Of a stretch of DNA of 64,000 bases, positions 58,562-64,000 are shown piece after piece. This stretch comes from Bacilli bacterium (GTDB taxonomy: Bacteria > Bacillota_I > Bacilli_A > RFN20 > CAG-826). The translations under genes and the position numbers were made by a program. Every line of letters begins with the position of its first letter. Position 1 is the first letter of the stretch. The notes below the pieces were generated by a model. It saw nothing but the letters and a program-made list of their open reading frames with translations, did no database searches and was not told the DNA's origin. The DNA is taken from the NCBI GenBank assembly GCA_045600585.1, contig JAZRYE010000018.1, positions 21,122-85,121 of the forward strand, in the 5' to 3' direction.

Positions 58562-60958
58562 ATGGGATTTTTCGATAGAAGAGCTATTAAAAAATATGAA
58601 CGTGAGGCCAATAAAGTTCTCGCTTATGAGAAAACAATGGCAGCATTATCAGATGAAGAATTAAAAGCTAAAACTCCTTATTTCAAAGAATTACTTGCTA
58701 ACGGCAAAACTTTAGAAGATATCAAATATGAAGCATTTGCTGTTGCTAGAGAAGCCGCTAAGCGTACACTTGGTGAATTCCCTTATAAAGTCCAAGTTAT
58801 TGGCTCATTAGTTTTAAATGATGGCGATGTCGCTGAAATGAGAACTGGTGAAGGTAAAACATTAACATGTACTATGGCAGTTTATTTAAATGCTTTAGCA
58901 GGTAAAGGTGTTCACGTTATTACAGTTAACGAATACTTATCACAACGTGACGCTGATTGGATGGGTCAAGTTTATAGATGGTTAGGTTTAACTGTTGGAT
59001 GTAACGCAAGAATTAAGTCATCCTCAGAAAAACGCGATGCATATTTATGCGATATTACATATACAACAAACTCTGAATTAGGTTTCGACTACTTAAGAGA
59101 CAATATGGCGGTCGATATGGAACACCGTGTTTTACGTGGATTAAATTTCTGTATCGTTGACGAAGCTGACTCAATTTTAATTGACGAATCTCGTACACCA
59201 TTAATTATTTCTGGTGGAGCAAAAACAAGTGCTTCCCAATACACAGTTGCAGATAGATTCTGTAAATCATTAAAGAAAGATAAAGATTTCGTTATCGATG
59301 TTAAGGAAAAGACAGTTAACTTAACTGATGACGGCAATACTAAAGCTGAAAGAATGTTCGGTATCAGAAACCTATATGATCCTGAATATGCTGATTTAGT
59401 TCATAGAATTCACAATGCACTAAGAGCTAACTTCATCATGATTAGAGATGTTGATTACCTCGTTGATGCTGAAGGACAAGTTCAAATTATTGACCAATTC
59501 ACAGGCCGTGTACTTCCTGGTAGAGAATGGTCTGATGGTTTACATCAAGCTGTTCAAGCAAAAGAAAACGTTGAGATTAAGCAAGAAACAGTCACAATGG
59601 CTACTATTACATATCAAAACTTCTTCCGTTTATACAAGAAAGTTGCTGGTATGACTGGTACAGCTAAAACTGAAGAAGAAGAATTCCGCAAGATTTATAA
59701 CATGCGTGTTATTTGTATCCCAACAAATAGACCAATTCAAAGAATTGACGCTATTGATTATGTCTATGCACATAAAGGACCAAAACTCGCTGCATTAGTA
59801 AAAGAAGTTAAAGAAAGACACGCTACAGGCCAACCAATCTTAATTGGTACAGTATCTGTTGAATCTTCTGAAGAAATCTCTGCTTTATTAACTGAAGCAG
59901 GATTACCTCATGAAATGTTGAATGCTAAAAACCATGCTCGTGAAGCTGAGATTATTTCTCACGCTGGTGAAAAAGGCGCTATCACTCTTGCAACTAACAT
60001 GGCAGGCCGTGGTACTGATATTAAGTTAACAGATGAAGTTAAAGCATTAGGCGGTTTATGTGTATTCGGTACAGAAAGACATGAATCAAGACGTATCGAT
60101 AACCAATTACGTGGTCGTGCAGGCCGTCAAGGTGACCCAGGTTTCTCAAGATTCTATGTATCATTTGATGATACTTTATTAGTTAGATTCGCAGCTGATA
60201 ACATCAGAAACTACATTGAAAAGAACTTTGGTGATGAAGCTCTTGAAGCAAAGATGGTTTCAAATGTTATTACATCTGCTCAAAAGAGAATTGAAGGCCA
60301 AAACTTCGATACTCGTAAAAACTTACTCGATTACGATGATGTCTTAGCAAAGCAAAGACAAATCGTTTATGACAAACGTGATAGAATCATCGAAGGTAAA
60401 AACATTGATGACATCATTGATGAAATCTTCTCTACAACAGGTGAATTCTTAGCAAAACAATCAATTCCAGTTGGCTCTACAGATGGAATTGTTTCTGGTG
60501 ACTTATTAGTCAAAACAGTTGAACCAAGATTCTTACCTGAAGGTACAATTAAGAAATCTCAATGGGATGAAGCTCCTGTCGAAGATGTTGCATCTGACTT
60601 AGGATTAGTTATCCAAGATAGATATAACGCTCTTAAAACTGAATGGCCTGTCGAAGATCCAGACAAATTAGTTCGTGCAGTTGTTTTACATTGTATTGAC
60701 CAAAACTGGACAAAACACATCGATGCTATGGCTAGATTAAGAGAAGGTATCTTCTTAAGAAGTTACGCTAACGTTAACCCATTACAAGATTACGTTAACG
60801 AAGGTTATAGAATGTTTAGAGAAACATTAGAAATGGCATCAGTTGATGCAGTTTTAAACCTTGTTAATATCAAACCACAACCTAGAGTTGTTGAAGAACC
60901 TGCTTCAGCACCTGAAGTTGTAGCAGAACAACCTGAAGAAGCAAAGAAGGCAGAATAA
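58562..60958 (+). CDS. secA: preprotein translocase ATPase SecA
   Basis: Start moved to MGFFDRRAIKKYE (58562). MRTGEGKT, DEADSILIDE and TNMAGRGTDI motifs. No C-terminal zinc finger. Confidence 0.96.
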   Translation: MGFFDRRAIKKYEREANKVLAYEKTMAALSDEELKAKTPYFKELLANGKTLEDIKYEAFAVAREAAKRTLGEFPYKVQVIGSLVLNDGDVAEMRTGEGKTLTCTMAVYLNALAGKGVHVITVNEYLSQRDADWMGQVYRWLGLTVGCNARIKSSSEKRDAYLCDITYTTNSELGFDYLRDNMAVDMEHRVLRGLNFCIVDEADSILIDESRTPLIISGGAKTSASQYTVADRFCKSLKKDKDFVIDVKEKTVNLTDDGNTKAERMFGIRNLYDPEYADLVHRIHNALRANFIMIRDVDYLVDAEGQVQIIDQFTGRVLPGREWSDGLHQAVQAKENVEIKQETVTMATITYQNFFRLYKKVAGMTGTAKTEEEEFRKIYNMRVICIPTNRPIQRIDAIDYVYAHKGPKLAALVKEVKERHATGQPILIGTVSVESSEEISALLTEAGLPHEMLNAKNHAREAEIISHAGEKGAITLATNMAGRGTDIKLTDEVKALGGLCVFGTERHESRRIDNQLRGRAGRQGDPGFSRFYVSFDDTLLVRFAADNIRNYIEKNFGDEALEAKMVSNVITSAQKRIEGQNFDTRKNLLDYDDVLAKQRQIVYDKRDRIIEGKNIDDIIDEIFSTTGEFLAKQSIPVGSTDGIVSGDLLVKTVEPRFLPEGTIKKSQWDEAPVEDVASDLGLVIQDRYNALKTEWPVEDPDKLVRAVVLHCIDQNWTKHIDAMARLREGIFLRSYANVNPLQDYVNEGYRMFRETLEMASVDAVLNLVNIKPQPRVVEEPASAPEVVAEQPEEAKKAE

Positions 60959-60960
60959 TA

Positions 60961-62065
60961 ATGAAAGACATAGTTACACTTAATCAAGAACTATGTGCTG
61001 TTGGCGAGAGAATCCGTCAACTCGGGTCTTCTCTTTGACTTCGACAAGTTCGATAAAGAAATAAAAGAGTTATCTGATAAATCTGAAAGCGATGGTTTCT
61101 GGAACGATAGAAACGCTGCTTTAGAAGTGATTTCAAGACTCAATTATTGCAAGGAAATTGTTGAAAAATACCGCAAATTGGACGCGGATTTTAAAGATTT
61201 GAATGAATTATTAGAACTTGGTGACGAGTCATTTTTAGATTCAATTGAAGAATCTTTAAACGAATTAAATAAGAATACAAAAGAATTTGAATTACAAATT
61301 TTATTTACGGGTGAATTTGATAATTTAAATGCGATTATTGAAATCCATCCAGGTGCTGGTGGAACAGAAGCTCAAGACTGGGCAGATATGCTCTATAGAA
61401 TGTATGTTCTTTATGCTGAAGCTAATAGATTTAAGATGTCGTTAGTTTCTTTTGAACCTGGTGAAGAAGCTGGTATCAAATCAGTAACTTTAAAATTATC
61501 TGGCAAAAATGTTTATGGATTACTTAAAGGTGAGAAAGGTGTCCATAGATTAGTTAGAATCTCACCATTTGATGCTAATAAAAGAAGACATACTTCATTT
61601 GCTTCGGTAAACGTCATTCCGGAATTTAAAGAAGATTCTATTGATATTCAAATACCTGAATCTGATTTAAAAATTGATACATATCGTTCTGGTGGTGCAG
61701 GTGGACAGAATGTTAATAAAGTTGAGACTGCTGTCCGTATTACTCACCTTCCAACTGGTATAGTAGTGTCATGCCAGATTGAAAGAAGCCAATTATTAAA
61801 TAGAGAAACTGCAATGAGCATGTTAAAAGGTAAACTTTATTTAATTGAATTAGAAAAGAGACAAAACAAACTCAATTCTATTGTTGGTGAAAAGAAAAAC
61901 ATTGAATGGGGCAGTCAAATTAGATCTTATGTCTTCTGTCCATATACATTAGTAAAAGATAATAGAACATCATATGAAGAAGTTGATGTTAACGCTGTTA
62001 TGAACGGAAACATCGAAGGATTTATCTATTCATATTTACAAATGGAGGCAAAGAACAATGCATAA
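60961..62065 (+). CDS. prfB: peptide chain release factor 2, join(60961..61035,61037..62065) through a programmed +1 frameshift
   Basis: Frame 0 reads [25 protein letters not shown], then an in-frame TGA at 61036. The +1 frame continues [12 protein letters not shown]... and carries SPF and GGQ motifs. About 367 aa in total. Confidence 0.93.
61024..61039 (+). other. RF2 autoregulatory +1 frameshift site CTT TGA C
   Basis: ggg tct tct CTT TGA C. The slippery CUU-U is followed by a UGA C stop context, with a G-rich SD-like element upstream. Confidence 0.9.
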
Positions 62066-63026
62066 AAGAATATTTTCTTTAAAAAATATTGGCGATCTTT
62101 TCCTTGTAATTATTGGTACAACATTGTTGTCGTTTTCAAACTTAATCTTTTTATCAAAAGCAAACATTAATACTGGTGGTCTTAATGGCATCGGCATCAT
62201 TGTTAGATTTCTTGTAAGTAGTGATCCAGAGGTCATGAAATTTACATATAACGTTACTATTGCAGCCTTATCGGTCATATTGTGGATTATTGGTTTAATA
62301 TTTTTAGGCAAAGATTTTGCTTTAAAAACGCTAATTTCGACAATTGTATTTCCACTTGCAAACTTTTTATTTTCTTATGTTCCTGGTATTTCTAATTGGA
62401 TTGATAGTATAGGTACATCAACTTTTGGTGATGGATCAACAGGAAATCTTGTTTTATGCTCTATTTTCTCGGGAGTATTTGTTGGAATTGGTGTATCTTT
62501 TACGTTTATTGGTGGAGGATCATCAGGTGGCTTAGATGTTCTCACATTTATGATTGAAAAATATTTGCATGTCAAACAATCTATTGGTGCATTCTTCTTA
62601 GATGGTGCGATTATTATTTCTGGCATGTTTATATTGCCACGGGAATATTTTGTTAACTGCTTATGTGGCGTTATTGCAGCTTTCTTAACTGCAACGCTTA
62701 TTGACTATTTATTTATTGGCTCACAATCTTCTTATCAAATTGATGTTATTTCAGAAAAGTGGGAAGACATTAATTATTTTGCTCAATATAAAATCAATAG
62801 AGGTGCAACAATTATTCACGCTCAAGGTGGATATAAACAAGAAGAAAGAATTATTCTACGCGTTGTTGTTGATAGAAGATCTTATTTAAGATTAAAAACA
62901 TATATTGCTGAAATCGATCCTAAAGCTTTTATGACAGTTACAAGAACCAATGCTGTTTATGGTGAAGGCTTTAGAAAACATGAAAAGAGCTTGATTGAAG
63001 CAAGAAAGAAAAAAGATGGAAAATAA
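62058..63026 (+). CDS. YitT-family membrane protein with C-terminal DUF2179 domain
   Basis: 322 aa. Multiple TM helices with GGxxG motifs, then a soluble C-terminal domain ([10 protein letters not shown]...RVVV). 8-nt overlap with prfB. Confidence 0.8.
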   Translation: MHKRIFSLKNIGDLFLVIIGTTLLSFSNLIFLSKANINTGGLNGIGIIVRFLVSSDPEVMKFTYNVTIAALSVILWIIGLIFLGKDFALKTLISTIVFPLANFLFSYVPGISNWIDSIGTSTFGDGSTGNLVLCSIFSGVFVGIGVSFTFIGGGSSGGLDVLTFMIEKYLHVKQSIGAFFLDGAIIISGMFILPREYFVNCLCGVIAAFLTATLIDYLFIGSQSSYQIDVISEKWEDINYFAQYKINRGATIIHAQGGYKQEERIILRVVVDRRSYLRLKTYIAEIDPKAFMTVTRTNAVYGEGFRKHEKSLIEARKKKDGK

Positions 63027-64000
63027 TTTTGAATTAGTTTCTAAATATAAGCCAACTGGTGATCAACCTCAAGCAATTGAAAAACTTGTTAAAGGTATTG
63101 AAGAAGGAAAGAAGTTTCAAGTCCTTTTAGGCGCGACCGGAACTGGTAAAACTTTTACTATGGCTAATATTATTCAAGCGATCAATCGACCAACTTTAGT
63201 ATTAGTTCATAATAAAACTTTAGCTGGTCAATTATATTCTGAGTTTCAGGAGCTTTTCCCAAATAATAGAGTTGAATATTTCGTTTCTAACTTCGATTTT
63301 TATCAACCGGAAGCATACATTCCTAAAAGTGATACATACATTGATAAAAACGCTGTTATGAACGAGGAAATCGAAATGCTTAGAACATCTGCAATTAACT
63401 CCGTTTTAGAAAGAAGAGATACGATTATCGTCGCTTCTGTAGCGAGCATTTATGGCTTAACTGATCCAGATGAGTATCGAAATTTAGTTTTTAATATTCG
63501 TGTTGGAGAAGAAATTAATAGAAACGAATTATATAAAAAATTAGTTGATGCTCAATACCGTAGAAATAATTTAGATGCTGCTCCTGGCACATTTAGAGTT
63601 AGAGGGGACACTATTGAAATTGTACCAGCTAATTTTGAAAGAAATACGGTAATTAGAGTTGATACTTTTGGCGATGAAGTTGAAAAGATTTACGCGATAG
63701 ATTTAATGACTGGAGTTATTCAAAAGTCATATCATACTTATCCAATATTCCCAGCTTATGATCATGCTTCTACAAGAGAAAGAATTAATAGAGCATGTGA
63801 AACAATTAAGACAGAACTTCAAGAAAGACTTGAATATTTTAGAAGTGAAGGAAAATTATTAGAAGCTGAAAGATTAGAGATGAGAACTAATCAAGATATG
63901 GAATCAATGCAAGAATTTGGTATGTGTCCTGGTATTGAAAACTATTCTCGTCATATTGATGGAAGAAAACCAGGAGAAAAGCCATTCTGCTTAATTGATT
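63016..64000 (+). CDS. uvrB: excinuclease ABC subunit B, 5' part (runs off the right edge)
   Basis: Open-ended, so absent from the ORF track. [31 protein letters not shown]...LLGATGTGKTFTMANII...FYQPEAY. Confidence 0.95.
   Translation, partial: MENNFELVSKYKPTGDQPQAIEKLVKGIEEGKKFQVLLGATGTGKTFTMANIIQAINRPTLVLVHNKTLAGQLYSEFQELFPNNRVEYFVSNFDFYQPEAYIPKSDTYIDKNAVMNEEIEMLRTSAINSVLERRDTIIVASVASIYGLTDPDEYRNLVFNIRVGEEINRNELYKKLVDAQYRRNNLDAAPGTFRVRGDTIEIVPANFERNTVIRVDTFGDEVEKIYAIDLMTGVIQKSYHTYPIFPAYDHASTRERINRACETIKTELQERLEYFRSEGKLLEAERLEMRTNQDMESMQEFGMCPGIENYSRHIDGRKPGEKPFCLID

Noticed and set aside
1-64000. Mobile elements, CRISPR arrays, tRNA or rRNA genes, prophage or defence islands
   Set aside because: No spacer longer than 363 bp exists. 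I saw no repeat arrays, transposase, integrase or recombinase-like ORFs, and no tRNA-like GC-rich cloverleaf segments. Gene content is core housekeeping throughout.

Overview
The window is about 64 kb of chromosomal backbone around the replication origin of a low-GC, Bacillota-type genome (Erysipelotrichia or Mollicutes-like by gene content). It uses the standard genetic code: TGA is a stop codon and RF2 is present with its TGA frameshift. dnaA sits at 8.4-9.8 kb, with DnaA-box clusters on both sides. dnaA-dnaN-yaaA-recF-gyrB-gyrA-serS run leftward and rpmH-rnpA-yidC-jag-mnmE run rightward, so genes on both sides point away from the origin. The rest is dense housekeeping:
- tatD-rnmV-rsmA-ispE, a short GlmU-like gene and glcK
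- ppdK, an FGGY kinase and a DegV protein
- a pseudo-receiver/degenerate-GGDEF/EAL protein
- a RimK-like ligase and two pseudouridine synthases
- typA and a YfhO-family protein
- a dnaX-ybaB-recR-tmk-holB-yaaT-rsmI block
- prfA-prmC
- a complete pyr operon (pyrR-pyrC-carAB-pyrKD-pyrF-pyrE-pyrB)
- tsaC-rpiB, comFA-comFC, secA-prfB, a YitT-family gene and the start of uvrB

I saw no rRNA or tRNA genes, CRISPR arrays, transposases, integrases, phage genes or recognisable defence system, so I cannot honestly nominate a clear novel multi-gene system. The observations most worth a second look are:
1. PyrB carries only the zinc domain of PyrI as a C-terminal fusion.
2. The 363-bp spacer at 27.87-28.23 kb is unannotated. 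It holds a tiny hydrophobic ORF overlapping a terminator convergently, plus an orphan terminator.
3. YaaT/PSP1 has a roughly 95-aa Asn/Gln-rich tail.
4. Two paralogous 30-nt PyrR-type elements are present, one of them overlapping the pyrC ribosome-binding site.
5. A short GlmU-like gene is followed by an 83-aa protein made of four repeats.
6. Several genes have a TATAAT-like hexamer 6-9 nt upstream of an ATG that lacks a Shine-Dalgarno sequence, suggesting leaderless mRNAs.

All calls come from reading the sequence and recalling family motifs. No searches were run.
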